This document shows positions 22,168 to 32,151 of a DNA stretch of 64,000 bases, piece after piece. The notes beneath the pieces are model-generated. The model saw only the letters and a program-made list of their open reading frames with translations, was not told where the DNA came from and made no database searches. The stretch's first letter is position 1, and each line of letters starts with the position of its first letter. The stretch comes from an uncultured Gemmatimonadaceae bacterium (GTDB taxonomy: Bacteria; Gemmatimonadota; Gemmatimonadetes; Gemmatimonadales; Gemmatimonadaceae): the NCBI GenBank assembly GCA_963817955.1, contig CAWFQK010000001.1, forward strand, positions 416,001 through 480,000, given 5' to 3'. Made by a program: the position numbers and the translations under genes.

Positions 22168-22911
22168 TCAGTCGCGGCGAACGAGCGCGAAGTATTGTTT
22201 CGCGCCGGCGGGTGTGGTCCAGTAGAACTCGAGATTGCCCTTGTTCAACGTCGCACGGCCGTTGTTCCACGCAACCAGGGAACCGGTGAATACCACGTCG
22301 TTGCCGTCAACGCGCCATCGTCCCGATCCCGAGTTGGGCGACGTGTACGTTCCATTCGCATTGACCTCGATCTGGCCGACGAAGTTGGCGCCGTACCAGG
22401 TACCGACGAGCGAGTTGGGCTTTGCCGGTTGCGCGGTCTTGCCGGCGTTGCCGGCCGTTCCGGATTTCCCACTCGGCGACGCCGTAAAGCTCCCGTTGGC
22501 GGGATCGATCTTGATCGTCGTCACGCGATCGCCGGCGTACTTGAACGTGAGCGCATACTGATCGACGGTCACGCTGCTGCGCTGGCCAAAGACGCGCACG
22601 ACATCCGCGGCGCTGCTGCCCACCCCGATCCCCGAGGCGAGACGCACGTCGGGGCCATTGATGGTGAAATGCCAGATTTCATCGCGTCGTCCACCCACCA
22701 TCACGCCAAATTCAGCGTAGCCGAACGTTCGCACGTCCCAGGTGACCTTCGTCGGCTCGCCGAATTTCTGAACGATCTGCGCCTTGGTCCAGCTGAGCTT
22801 GAGCCCGTTCGACAGCGGTTCGACCGGATTGTCCCCACGCGCTGGCAGCGCAACGACGGTCGTGAGGAACAGCGCCGCAGAAACGCGGCGCAGGCTTTGG
22901 AAAATTATCAT
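22168..22911 (-). CDS. Secreted hypothetical protein with a C-terminal lipocalin-like beta domain
   Basis: Signal peptide; LVGTWY..NGTY..GRWRVDG pattern. Confidence 0.7.
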   Translation of the reverse strand: MIIFQSLRRVSAALFLTTVVALPARGDNPVEPLSNGLKLSWTKAQIVQKFGEPTKVTWDVRTFGYAEFGVMVGGRRDEIWHFTINGPDVRLASGIGVGSSAADVVRVFGQRSSVTVDQYALTFKYAGDRVTTIKIDPANGSFTASPSGKSGTAGNAGKTAQPAKPNSLVGTWYGANFVGQIEVNANGTYTSPNSGSGRWRVDGNDVVFTGSLVAWNNGRATLNKGNLEFYWTTPAGAKQYFALVRRD

Positions 22912-23068
22912 CGTATTCCCTGTGAGCACATGGTTAGCAGCCCGAGGAGTCGGCCGCGCGCTTGGCACCGAAGGCAGCCCACGAACCTACTGGCACACTC
23001 CCCACTGCTCAATGAGCACCAACTGCCCGGCGCGGCTACCAACCGCGTGATGTCTGAACCAGCGCATG

Positions 23069-23869
23069 TCACCACGCTTTTGGTTTGTACGTGATGCCGT
23101 TCAGCACGACGCCGGTCTTGCCGTTCGGTCCGAGCATGCGGAAGGAGTAGTGGCGCGTCTGGCCCACCGCGGTCTCGCCCGCGGTCATCGTCGTCACACG
23201 ATTCACGACGCTGCCAGATGCGTTGGTGATGCGCGTGACGTGCACATCTAGCGCGTCGCCATTGATGGTGTACGTGCCGCGCTCGGAGGTGCCGTGAGAC
23301 ATGGTGCCGCCGTTGAAGACCTCGCGGTACAGGTACGTACCGTCGGCGACAAAGTCCCACGTATGAAGCAGGTTCTGCGCGTCCACATAGAAGTACCGAG
23401 CCGTCCACCCGGTCGGCGTCGGTTTGGCCGCGACCGGCGCCGCCGGGGCGACACCAGAGGATTGCACGGGGGTTCGCACGGAAGAAACGCCAGCTGGGGA
23501 AACTGCTTTTGGCGTACTGTCAGCGTGCAGAGTAGTGGTCGTGTCTTTGTTCTGGTGAAGCGGCACTAATCCATATGCTCGCGTCTTCACCCCGCTCCCA
23601 TACGTTGGCGCGGCCACGCTTCCATATGTCCGTGTCTGGACACCTCCGTACGCGCGCGTAGTTGCTCCCGTCGCCTGAGCGGCGCGAAGCGAGTCGGCTT
23701 GCACTTTGGCGGCCTTGGCTTTCGCTGACCGTGCCGCGCGAACGGCGCGAAGCGAATCGGCGCGGGTCTGGCTGGCCGGCGCGGTATCGGTGACCTGAGC
23801 GGCTGAGGGCCTGCCCAGCGCCACGCATGCAACGGCCGCGATGCACAACAGCTTGGTCCGTTTCCTCAT
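23069..23869 (-). CDS. Secreted hypothetical protein with T-x-x-YG repeats and a C-terminal beta domain
   Basis: Strong RBS (GGAGGAAGAGG), signal peptide, four YG repeats, DGTY..ERGTYTING. Confidence 0.72.
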   Translation of the reverse strand: MRKRTKLLCIAAVACVALGRPSAAQVTDTAPASQTRADSLRAVRAARSAKAKAAKVQADSLRAAQATGATTRAYGGVQTRTYGSVAAPTYGSGVKTRAYGLVPLHQNKDTTTTLHADSTPKAVSPAGVSSVRTPVQSSGVAPAAPVAAKPTPTGWTARYFYVDAQNLLHTWDFVADGTYLYREVFNGGTMSHGTSERGTYTINGDALDVHVTRITNASGSVVNRVTTMTAGETAVGQTRHYSFRMLGPNGKTGVVLNGITYKPKAW

Positions 23870-24121
23870 ACCCTCTTCCTCCTCCTCGGGTTTTGACGCG
23901 ATTGGCTAAACCATGCACCGCGCATTATGGTGATGATTCATCACGCGCCGATCATCGGTCGATCACACAGCTATGATACTGCGCCTCAACATCTTTATAT
24001 GGACGAGTCCTGATGGGCGGCGGTCACCGTGGCCGTGTGCGCCCATGGACGGATAGTCGGGAGTGGCGGGTGAAGCGATCGAGACGGCGGGTGACAGTGG
24101 TGAGTCGTCGGGATCGAGTCG

Positions 24122-24913
24122 TTAGTCGTCAGTGACTGAGGACCCCGCCGGCCCTCGACGGATTGCCAGCAGGCTACGCGCTGCATCCGCAATCCGGTTC
24201 ACTGCCGCCACCGCGTGCCGCCCTTCCTCTTCGCTGGGGAACGGTCTCGGAGCGAAATCATCTTCCGGATAGCGGGAATCCACGGCAAAGCGACACAGGA
24301 ACACGCAGTCGTCATCCAACCCGTCGAGCGAGTATCCAAGCCGCCAGCACTGCTCGAGCACCGCGTGGACATCGTGCGTCCGCTCCGGGCGCTCCCAGCG
24401 CTGAATGATCAGCGCCTTGAGATACTTCTCGGCGGCTTGCTGGGCGTGGAAGCAGACGGCTGCCCACGGAATGTGCTCGACTGCCAGAGACGCCCGGATA
24501 GTGGTCAGATCTATCTCCGCGTACTCGATCCAGCGCGCCACCGACGCCGGCTCCTTCGGCCGCTCCCGCACATACCGCGACGCACCTACCGCGACGTCGC
24601 TCCGGCGGTACAACTCCTTCCCTTCTCTCGCAATCGCGTAGGCCATGGTGCCCGGATCATCGCGACACGCGTCCAGCTCTTCGGGCGTATAGACGAATAC
24701 GTCCATGTCCCAATCGCGCTGGCTGAAGAGCCGGCGAACGACTTCACGTCGCTCGCGCACGGGCAGCGGCGTCTCCAACTCCACCATGATGTCCGCATCG
24801 CTGTCCGCACGCGCATCGCCGCGGGCGCGGCTGCCGAAGAGCACCACGCGCCGCGGATGCAGGGCGTCTACGATCGTGCAAACGATCTCGTCTATCGGCG
24901 GAGTGCCTCGCAT
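24122..24913 (-). CDS. Fused MNT nucleotidyltransferase-HEPN protein
   Basis: LFGSRARG..DSDADI followed by CFHAQQAAEKYLKA, RTHD and SRYP. Confidence 0.88.
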   Translation of the reverse strand: MRGTPPIDEIVCTIVDALHPRRVVLFGSRARGDARADSDADIMVELETPLPVRERREVVRRLFSQRDWDMDVFVYTPEELDACRDDPGTMAYAIAREGKELYRRSDVAVGASRYVRERPKEPASVARWIEYAEIDLTTIRASLAVEHIPWAAVCFHAQQAAEKYLKALIIQRWERPERTHDVHAVLEQCWRLGYSLDGLDDDCVFLCRFAVDSRYPEDDFAPRPFPSEEEGRHAVAAVNRIADAARSLLAIRRGPAGSSVTDD

Positions 24914-25587
24914 GTGCTTACGATACTGCAAGGCACCCGCCGAGCGCCATCGTTTGGTTTCGGAAGCGGCGATCGTAATAGCACGTGCCACTCTTCGAGG
25001 AGGCACAGATCGATTGGAGCCGCGGCGTGTACCATTGCGTCGATCACTCCCCTGGTGATCTTGGCGTCCCGCAAACCATTGCGAATAGCGGCCGTCGCGA
25101 GGGTGCCACCGGCGATGATCCGGTAGCGGTCGTCGACTGCTTTCTCGAGAGCGTCGATCACATCGCGCAGGCCGCTCGCGGTGTTGGCGCTTACGCCGTG
25201 CTCCTCGAACTCAGCGGTGCGCTCTGTGAGCAAGCCCGCGAGCGCGCGTCCGTGTGTTATGAATTGCTCGATCGACTCCCTCATGGTCGGCGCGACGAAG
25301 CCGGGCAGGGCGCCCGATCGGTGCGCTATGGCACGCGTGACGGCGAAGATGACGCGGAAGTGGCGGTCGAGTATGTGCTGTCGCAATGTTCGGATCACAT
25401 TGGTGATTCCGCGCGCCTCGCTCGCGGCGCGCGCCTGCGTGATGGCCGCCTCTTGGACCGTCTCGATGTGCTCCTTCAAATGCACACGTGCCGGCAGACG
25501 CGCGAAACCGAGCTGTCTTCCGTGACTGTCCATGAATGCGTCGACGCGGAGCAGCATGGCGAGCGCGTGCGCTTCTTTTGTGTTCAT
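24892..25587 (-). CDS. Alpha-helical hypothetical protein (paralog of 25678-26472)
   Basis: Shares the L-x-RV-x-x-F-x-D, LR-x-x-L-x-x-H and terminal EW pattern with its neighbour. Confidence 0.7.
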   Translation of the reverse strand: MNTKEAHALAMLLRVDAFMDSHGRQLGFARLPARVHLKEHIETVQEAAITQARAASEARGITNVIRTLRQHILDRHFRVIFAVTRAIAHRSGALPGFVAPTMRESIEQFITHGRALAGLLTERTAEFEEHGVSANTASGLRDVIDALEKAVDDRYRIIAGGTLATAAIRNGLRDAKITRGVIDAMVHAAAPIDLCLLEEWHVLLRSPLPKPNDGARRVPCSIVSTCEALRR

Positions 25588-25624
25588 AATATACTCATGG
25601 TGAATGGTTGTGGTGGGCGCAAAC

Positions 25625-25658
25625 GCACACGGCCGCCCGGTGAGGGGCGGCCGTGTGC
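25625..25658 (-). terminator. Perfect 14-bp hairpin between the two helical paralogs
   Basis: GCACACGGCCGCCC-ggtgag-GGGCGGCCGTGTGC; only a short U tail on the minus strand. Confidence 0.6.
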
Positions 25659-25677
25659 ATGACTACGTGGGTGTCGC

Positions 25678-26472
25678 TCAGATGGCCGGCGGCGGTGTCG
25701 GAGCCGGTGTTGGGGTTGGAGCCGGTGTTGGCGTTGGAGCCGGTGTTGGCGTTGGAGCCGGTGTTGGCGTTGGAGCCGGTGTTGGCGTTGGAGCCGGTGT
25801 TGGCGTTGGAGCCGGTGTGTCAGGCACGTTTGGTCTCACCGTCGTCGTCGGCGGCTTCTTTACGATGTTCCACTCGTTGAGCAGGTCCTCGTTGTCCTTC
25901 AGGTCGACCTTGACCAGCGCGTCGAGCACGAGGACGGTGCGTCGAGCGGCGACGAGCTGCGATCGGAGACTCTTGGTCGCACCCCCTTTAGCGCCGCGGG
26001 TGGCCGAACGCTGGTCGATAGACGCGATCATGTCGGCCGCGGCCTGCCGAAGGCGGTCGGCGAAGTCTGTCGTCAACCCCGCTTCGATGAACACCGGCGC
26101 GTGCTGTGCCGCCACGTCGGCCATGCCGATGGCCATACTGTTCAACTGTTCCGCCGTCGCGTTCGTGCGCGGCATCTTGAGCGCAGACAGCTCGGGCGTG
26201 TGCGGCAGGTCAGCCGCGGCAATGCGACTGATCGGCGACATGTGGTCCTGCAGCAGCGTCTTGCGCAACGCGTATTGCTTGGCGGTGAGGCCGCGCGCAG
26301 CCTGGGTTCCGCCGGCCTGCGTTCCCGCGTGTCCCTCGAGCTGGACAAGCCTCGCTTTGAGCTTTCCGCGCGACCCCGCCACCGCGGCGACGGGAAGCTT
26401 GTCCGCGTTCGCGTCGATGAAGTCGTCGACGGCGCGGAGGGACTTGATGGTGTTGCCCTGTCTGATTTGCAT
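25678..26472 (-). CDS. Alpha-helical hypothetical protein with a (TPAPTP)n tail
   Basis: 264-aa ORF with AGAGG RBS; tail encoded by an 18-bp tandem repeat. Confidence 0.8.
   Translation of the reverse strand: MQIRQGNTIKSLRAVDDFIDANADKLPVAAVAGSRGKLKARLVQLEGHAGTQAGGTQAARGLTAKQYALRKTLLQDHMSPISRIAAADLPHTPELSALKMPRTNATAEQLNSMAIGMADVAAQHAPVFIEAGLTTDFADRLRQAAADMIASIDQRSATRGAKGGATKSLRSQLVAARRTVLVLDALVKVDLKDNEDLLNEWNIVKKPPTTTVRPNVPDTPAPTPTPAPTPTPAPTPTPAPTPTPAPTPTPAPTPTPAPTPPPAI
25700..25818. repeat. 18-bp coding tandem repeat GGAGCCGGTGTTGGCGTT, ~6.5 copies
   Basis: Directly visible. Confidence 0.95.
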
Positions 26473-26574
26473 ACTGCCTCTATGAAATAGAGTGGTTGGA
26501 CGCGCATGAATGTGCGGCCGGCGTGCGCGTCCTCACGTCGGCCGGCAATGAACGGGCGGTACTTGGGATTTTCA

Positions 26575-27057
26575 GTAGGGATGACGCACGTGCCTGTCGG
26601 AGCCACGTGTTGGTCTGTCGCGGTCACGCGTCCGGGTGTCGCGGTCACGCGCCTGCTTGACGGCGAGACATGCCATCCGGTCGGGATGAAGCGTCAGCGT
26701 GTCGGAGCGCCGCGTTCACCAGTCGCGGTCACGCGTTCGTTGGTCGGCCTTCGGCGCTCGAATGTTGGAGTCGGACGATCGCTTGTCGGGGTCGGACGAT
26801 TGGCGGTCGGCGTGGCGTGCGTGGCGATCGAGGTGCCGCAACTGACTGTCGCGGTTCAACGTCTGATCGTCGCGATCGGGCGTCTATCGAACGGTGTGAC
26901 GTGTCGCGATGTCGCCGTGTGGCGCGCGGTCGTCGCAGTCACGCGTTCGGATGACGGTGTATTGGACCCGATGGTCGGGGTTGCGTGCAGCGACGTCGTG
27001 GTTCGGCGTTCGGCTGACGAGGTCGCGTGCTCGGCTGACGGCGCCGGCGAGTGGGTA
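26575..27057. repeat. Degenerate 21-nt periodic array, 23 units in unbroken register
   Basis: Units start mostly G(T/A)CG every 21 nt (26596, 26617 ... 27016, 27037). The + ORF 26506-27099 reads heptads V/D-G/A-V-x-R/C-x-x. Confidence 0.85.
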
Positions 27058-27115
27058 CATCGAGCGACGACGACGGGCACGGATCGCGGTCATCCGTGAG
27101 GCATGAAACGACAAA

Positions 27116-27203
27116 GGATCTCTTCGACTTGAAAGAGATCCTTCGCTTTGCTCAGGATGACAACGGGTGGCTCAGAATGACAACGGGTGGCTCAGAATGA
27201 CAA
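27116..27203. repeat. REP-like cluster (GATCCTTCGCTTTGCTCAGGATGAC plus two GCTCAGAATGACAA units)
   Basis: Same family as 4653 and 19520. Confidence 0.88.
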
Positions 27204-27379
27204 GCTCGATCCGTAGTTGGCGAGTTCATGCCCCTATATATTAGTTCCGAATTTGGGGGGTCGGCGCAAGAGGCAATTTTTGCCGGGGGCCAAAATTGGT
27301 CATTTTGTCCGTTTAGTCGTCGACGTCATCGCGGCAGCGGGGGCGGGGGCGGGGGCGGGGTTACGGGACGTGAGCACAC

Positions 27380-28114
27380 CTATCGCCAAGGCTCGCAATT
27401 CACCGTAGCCGAAAGGTCGAATCCCTTCATGCGCACGTGCTTCCCCGCCTGACCACCCAGAAACCCACCGCGAAAGGTGATCGTGGCCGCGGCGGCGTCA
27501 TAGATGTACGCGCCGCCGCGCTTGCCATCGAGGTCGTCGTACGTTCCCCCGGTCTTGAGGCGAAAGCCCATTCCTGCCATCAGCTTGGTGTGCACGCCGT
27601 AGCACGCGTATTCGCCGATGTAGAGACTTCCCTGCTCCTTCACAGCAGGCGTCGTGGGCTGAGCGCCGACGGGCGCTGCTCGCGGTGCCGCCTCACCGGC
27701 CAGGCCAGCCACTGGCATGGAGCTCACGCCTTCGGAAGGGTTGTTCTTGCAGACGGCATCGCTGACCGTCATGCGACCTTGGACGATCCACTTGCCGAAG
27801 TCATCCTTTAATGCGTCGAACTTCCACTTGTCCATTTTGCCGACGCAGGTCTGCCCGTAGTAATGATTACTGGGGTAACCCGGGCCGTAATCGTGGATGA
27901 TTGCCGTGACCTGGAATGGATAATATCCGCCATTCGGTTTCCCCGGCTGCACGTCCTGAAAGAGCACCGTGCGCACGGTTGTTCCGGCTGGCTTGAGCTT
28001 CTGCAAATGCGCCTCGAGCAGCTGCGTGAACTGTGCTGCGGACGGCTGTGCGGCAGCCGTTGATGCCATCAGCGCCAATGAGACGAGCGCGATGCCGAGC
28101 CGGGGGGTACGCAT
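27380..28114 (-). CDS. Secreted hypothetical protein
   Basis: Signal peptide ending AAAQ; C-terminal IGEYAC..GGTY..GAY..ITFRGG beta domain. Confidence 0.72.
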   Translation of the reverse strand: MRTPRLGIALVSLALMASTAAAQPSAAQFTQLLEAHLQKLKPAGTTVRTVLFQDVQPGKPNGGYYPFQVTAIIHDYGPGYPSNHYYGQTCVGKMDKWKFDALKDDFGKWIVQGRMTVSDAVCKNNPSEGVSSMPVAGLAGEAAPRAAPVGAQPTTPAVKEQGSLYIGEYACYGVHTKLMAGMGFRLKTGGTYDDLDGKRGGAYIYDAAAATITFRGGFLGGQAGKHVRMKGFDLSATVNCEPWR

Positions 28115-28335
28115 TTGCTGACCGGAGAGAGGGGTACGGGACACGAGTAGTAGCTTGGCGCCGCGCGGGAGGGAAGTGATGACGGCAAACCTGGGTAGAA
28201 GCTGACGTGCTAGGTAACAGCTAAAACTCCGGCAATTGGTAATTATTCAGTAGTTCCTACATGCAGGTGTGCGCCTTGGACTAGGCAAAGTTAAATTGAA
28301 CTGAAGTAAGAACTTGCGATGTTTTAGTAGGAATT

Positions 28336-28362
28336 GTAGTTTTAGTTAGAAACTAAAACTAC
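28336..28362. promoter_or_regulatory. Perfect 12-bp inverted repeat, probable autoregulatory operator
   Basis: GTAGTTTTAGTT-aga-AACTAAAACTAC in an AT-rich promoter, 12 bp before the ATG. Confidence 0.75.
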
Positions 28363-28374
28363 TGGATTTGATAA

Positions 28375-29547
28375 ATGAACCCTCGCCGACGAGCCCCGGA
28401 GAACCACGATCAACTGACGGCTGCCCTGCTGGGTTTCTGGCGTGACGAACTCGGTCTATCGGTTACGCGCGAGTTGGGCGCATCCCGCGAGACGGATCGA
28501 GACGAGTTTGACGAAGTCATTTCCTTGCACCTCGATGATCGAGTCTGGCGCCTATACATCGATTGGCAATCCCGCGCGCCATCCGCCCTCGACTTGCACC
28601 ACTTAGAGGCCCGCGCTATCCGGCTCTCAAAAGCGGACACGAGCGGCGTGCTGTGCCTCGCCGTACCACGCCTACTCAAGCGGCATCATGCGGCACTACG
28701 CGAATCCGGTATTAGCCACGCAGATCTGCGCAGCATCCTGTACTTGCGTGCGCCAGGGTTGCTTGTTGACATAGAACGTCTGCGAGACTCGACCGATCGG
28801 GCGGCGGCGTCCATGGACTCATCCCCCGTGACTCCCGTTGATCCGTTCTCGGATCGCACGAGTCTCGTCGCGCGCACCTTACTGGAGTACCCGCGAGAGT
28901 CATTCAAAGTCATCGACCTCGCAAAGCTCACCGGCGTCAGCGCTGGCTGGGTCTCGATCGTTTCCAACGAGCTCTGCCGCCGAGGGTACGCCGCCAAGTC
29001 CGCCCGCGAACTTCAACTCGCTGATGCGGTCCGCCTCCTCCAGGACTGGTCACGCGTCTACACCTGGCGACGAAACCCCGTTCAACGCTTCGAGGTGCCA
29101 TACTCTGCGGAGGAGATCCTCCGAAAGTTCCGGCTTCATCAGGCTGACAAACCCAGTTCCGAGTCCGGCCAGGCCGCCCTGACGCTACACTCGGCGGCTC
29201 AACTTGTCTCACCACACGTTCGCAGTGACGTTGTAGCGCTGTATGCCGAGCGTCCCGCGCATAAACGACTGCTCGAATGGCTTGCGACAGACTTGCAAGC
29301 GCAGCCGACAACAGCTGGCGGCGGTTTCCAGGTCGTCACTCCGTTCTACGAGCACTCCGCGTTCTACCAGGTCAAGTCTATCAGTGGCCTGCCGGTCGTT
29401 TCGCTTCCGCAGCTGTTTCTCGATTTGGTGCACTACCCGATACGCGGCCAAGAAGCAGCCTCGATGCTCGTACGCACAGCTCTCGGCGACCATCTCGACC
29501 TCTCGCCCGCCGATCGGCAACGGCTAACGCGAGAAATCGAGCAATGA
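28375..29547 (+). CDS. AbiEi-like (type IV TA) antitoxin / wHTH regulator
   Basis: HTH (DLAKLTGVSAGWVS), LLQDW, C-terminal VVSLPQLFLDL..RGQEAA; coupled to the nucleotidyltransferase gene. Confidence 0.78.
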   Translation: MNPRRRAPENHDQLTAALLGFWRDELGLSVTRELGASRETDRDEFDEVISLHLDDRVWRLYIDWQSRAPSALDLHHLEARAIRLSKADTSGVLCLAVPRLLKRHHAALRESGISHADLRSILYLRAPGLLVDIERLRDSTDRAAASMDSSPVTPVDPFSDRTSLVARTLLEYPRESFKVIDLAKLTGVSAGWVSIVSNELCRRGYAAKSARELQLADAVRLLQDWSRVYTWRRNPVQRFEVPYSAEEILRKFRLHQADKPSSESGQAALTLHSAAQLVSPHVRSDVVALYAERPAHKRLLEWLATDLQAQPTTAGGGFQVVTPFYEHSAFYQVKSISGLPVVSLPQLFLDLVHYPIRGQEAASMLVRTALGDHLDLSPADRQRLTREIEQ

Positions 29548-29778
29548 GCGCCGACGACGACGCAACTGGAGTCTTTGCGAAGCTCATCCGTGCCTTGAAC
29601 CCGTACGCCTCAGAAATTGTTTTGGTCGGCGGTTGGGTACACGCACGCTATCTCGCTGACGCGAATCGCGGAGGAAGAGGCGTTCGAGCACAGTGGCCGG
29701 TCCACACGGACGACATCGATATCACGATCCCGCCTAAGCTTCTTTCGTGGGCCTCCCCCGATTTCGTAGACACGAGGT

Positions 29779-30671
29779 TTACGCTGCTATTGCGGGTTCT
29801 CTCATGCGTGTCTGCCGCAGCTCAAACGCGGCGGGACTCAGGTAGCCCAGGCTCGAGTGCCGCCGTTGTTGATTATACCACACCTCGATGTACTCGAACA
29901 CCGCCGTCCTTGCCTCGTCGCGTGTCGCCCAATCGGCGTCATCCGCCAGCTCGCGCTTGAGCGTCGCAAAGAAGCTTTCCGCGACCGCATTATCCCAGCA
30001 GTTCCCCACCCGACTCATGCTGCAGGTCATCGCGTGAGCCGTGAGGATATCCTGATAGTCGCCAGCCGCGTATTGACTCCCCCGGTCGGAATGGTACAGC
30101 GTGCCCGGCTTGGGCTGACGCCCCGCCAACGCCATCAGCAGCGCGTCCCGGGTGAGCGCGCCCTCCAAGGTGTGCCGCATCGCCCACCCGATCACTCGGC
30201 GCGACGCGAGATCGAGCACGATCGCCAAGTACAGCCAGCCTTCGCGCGTCGACAGATACGTAATGTCGCCGACCCACACGCGATCGAGCGCGGCCCCGTC
30301 CGCCACGGCGAACTGCCGATCGAGCACGTTGGGCGCGATCGGATGTGCATGCCTGGAATCCGTCGTCCCGCGGAAGCGCCGCGGCGTCTTGGCGCGGAGC
30401 CCTTCCTCCTGCATGAGGCGCGCGACCCGCTTCGCGCCGTGCGCTGCCCCTGTGCTTTGAGCTCGGCGTGCACGCGCGGACTGCCATACCGCTGGCGGCT
30501 CTTGGCATGAATGACCGTGATCGCCTCGGCGAGCTGGGCGTCGTCCTCGGCGTGCCGACTCGGTGGCCGGCTGACCCATGCATAGTAGCTGGCCTTCTTC
30601 ACCTGCAACACGCGACACATGGTCGTCACGTGGAACTCGGGCGTGTGGACCGCGATGAACGCGAATCTCAT
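29779..30671 (-). CDS. IS3 OrfB DDE transposase with a 1-nt frameshift near 30440
   Basis: YGSPRV in one frame; WVGDITY, HSDRGSQY, CWDNAVAESFF and RRHSSLGY in the next. Confidence 0.9.
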
Positions 30672-31024
30672 CGCCCGCTCTTGGCGAAGAAGGCCGTCGC
30701 TTTTCCCAAGATGTCACGCTCCTCGCGCAACACCGCGTTCTCGCGCCGCAACTGGCGAATCTCCTCGTCCTGGCTCGTCAACTTTCCGTTTCCCGGGAAG
30801 ATGTCGGCCGGCCGGTGGCCCGCCCGCGCTTCCACCTGGCGCGTCCACTGGCGGAGCATTTCGGGACGAATGCCCAAATCGCGCGCGACTGCACTCACCC
30901 GCCGATCGCCGACGGCAGCGAGGCGCACGGCCTCAAGCTTGAAGTCTTGGGTGAACTGCCGACGGGATTGCGGCGGTTGACTCCCGACCTGTTGTGGCTG
31001 CTGCTTGGTTCGTTTTGCCCTCAT
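30668..31024 (-). CDS. IS3 OrfA (HTH)
   Basis: RRQFTQDFKLEAV..VARDLGI..LRRENAVLREERDILGKATAFFA. Confidence 0.93.
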   Translation of the reverse strand: MRAKRTKQQPQQVGSQPPQSRRQFTQDFKLEAVRLAAVGDRRVSAVARDLGIRPEMLRQWTRQVEARAGHRPADIFPGNGKLTSQDEEIRQLRRENAVLREERDILGKATAFFAKSGR

Positions 31025-31748
31025 TCGACACCTCCACCCTGAACGTAGCAGGGTTAATTGGGTGTCTACAAAAATGGGGGACCTTCATTGGCCGACCGAC
31101 CCACTCTGGTCGAGTTAGCGTTGGGCGTCGGGTTTCATTTTGACAAGTCCAATTGGTATGACGAAACTGTATTGGCGAATCTCGTCCATCCCGTCGGCGG
31201 CGGCGTCATCGATCTCGACATCCTTGCCCGCGCAGACCGACCGGATGTCGCCATAGCGATCGACGGCCAACCGGGCCTCGTGGTACACGGTTACCCGGAT
31301 CTCGACATCCTGTCGGACAACACAAAGTGGCTGGAGGTCGGAACGGAGACGCACCGCACGCTCGATCCGTCTGTCTCTATACGTGTTCCCGTGCCAGCGG
31401 CGTACGTCTTCCAGAAAGGGCTGGCGGCGCAACGCCGAGACGATCGAGCGAAGATCGCCAAAGATCTCGTGTACATCTGCGAGCTCGTTCGACATCCAGG
31501 ATTGCGCGATGAGATTGTGCACGCTTTTCCCGAAATCGCTCGTAGGCACGTCAACAGGTACGCCACCTGGAGGAGTTTCATCACTGGCCTTCGCGTCGGC
31601 ATACCGCCCGTCTCAGACGCCGTCGAGCAACTGCTCGAGGAGAATCGGGCTCAGGGAAGCCCGGAGCAAGTTGGCGCCGCGGTCGTCTCGCGCTTGCAGC
31701 GGCTGGTCGCCGACATAGACGCCGCGTTGAAAAGCTGATGACCCCGGT

Positions 31749-31783
31749 CACAGAGATCCCTCGCTTTCGCTCAGGATGACAGA
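31749..31783. repeat. REP-like unit joined to R copy 4
   Basis: CACAGAGATCCCTCGCTTTCGCTCAGGATGACAG. Confidence 0.85.
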
Positions 31784-31789
31784 TATCGC

Positions 31790-32056
31790 GGGTGATCAGT
31801 GATGAGTTGTCAGTTGTCAGTTGTCAGTTGTCAGTTGTCAGTGTACAGGTCATGTGCACCAGGGCGCCTGGCTCGCAGGCCACTATCGCCGGTCGGCGAG
31901 TTTCGGGTGTCCAGTTGTGAGTTGTGAGTTGTGAGTTGCTAAAAACGCATAACGCATCACTCACAACTGGCAACTCGAAACTCGCCGACCGGTGGGCCGA
32001 CAGCTACGGAGCAGCCAGCGACATCCAGCCGGTCAACACCCAGAGTCCAATCCCCG
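31790..32056 (+). repeat. R element copy 4 (full), followed by TGTCCCG heptamers (32106-32152)
   Basis: All three modules present; lies between convergent genes. Confidence 0.95.
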
Positions 32057-32151
32057 CTGCGCCGACCGGTGCGAGAAGGCACGCATGCTCGAAAACCCGA
32101 AGTCGTTGTCCCGTGTCCCGTTGTCCCGTGTCCGTGCTCGTGTCCCGTGTC

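Larger units (their letters stand above)
21630..24033. repeat. 32-bp direct repeat pair (21630-21661 and 24002-24033)
   Basis: GACGAGTCCTGACGGCCGGCGGTCACCTTGGC vs GACGAGTCCTGATGGGCGGCGGTCACCGTGGC, 29/32 identical; both preceded by TTTATA. Confidence 0.85.
29748..31087 (-). mobile_element. IS3-family insertion sequence, 1340 bp
   Basis: TG..CA ends; imperfect 26-bp IRs (TGGGCCTCCCCCGATTTCGTAGACAC / TGAAGGTCCCCCATTTTTGTAGACAC); flanks TCG/TTG form an imperfect 3-bp DR. Confidence 0.95.
29544..31738 (+). pseudogene. Nucleotidyltransferase-fold toxin (AbiEii/GSU2403-like) interrupted by IS3
   Basis: N-part 29544-29747 (LVGGW..TDDIDI) and C-part 31088-31738 (PVPAAYVFQK..KDL) rejoin in frame when the IS is removed. 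Confidence 0.85.
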
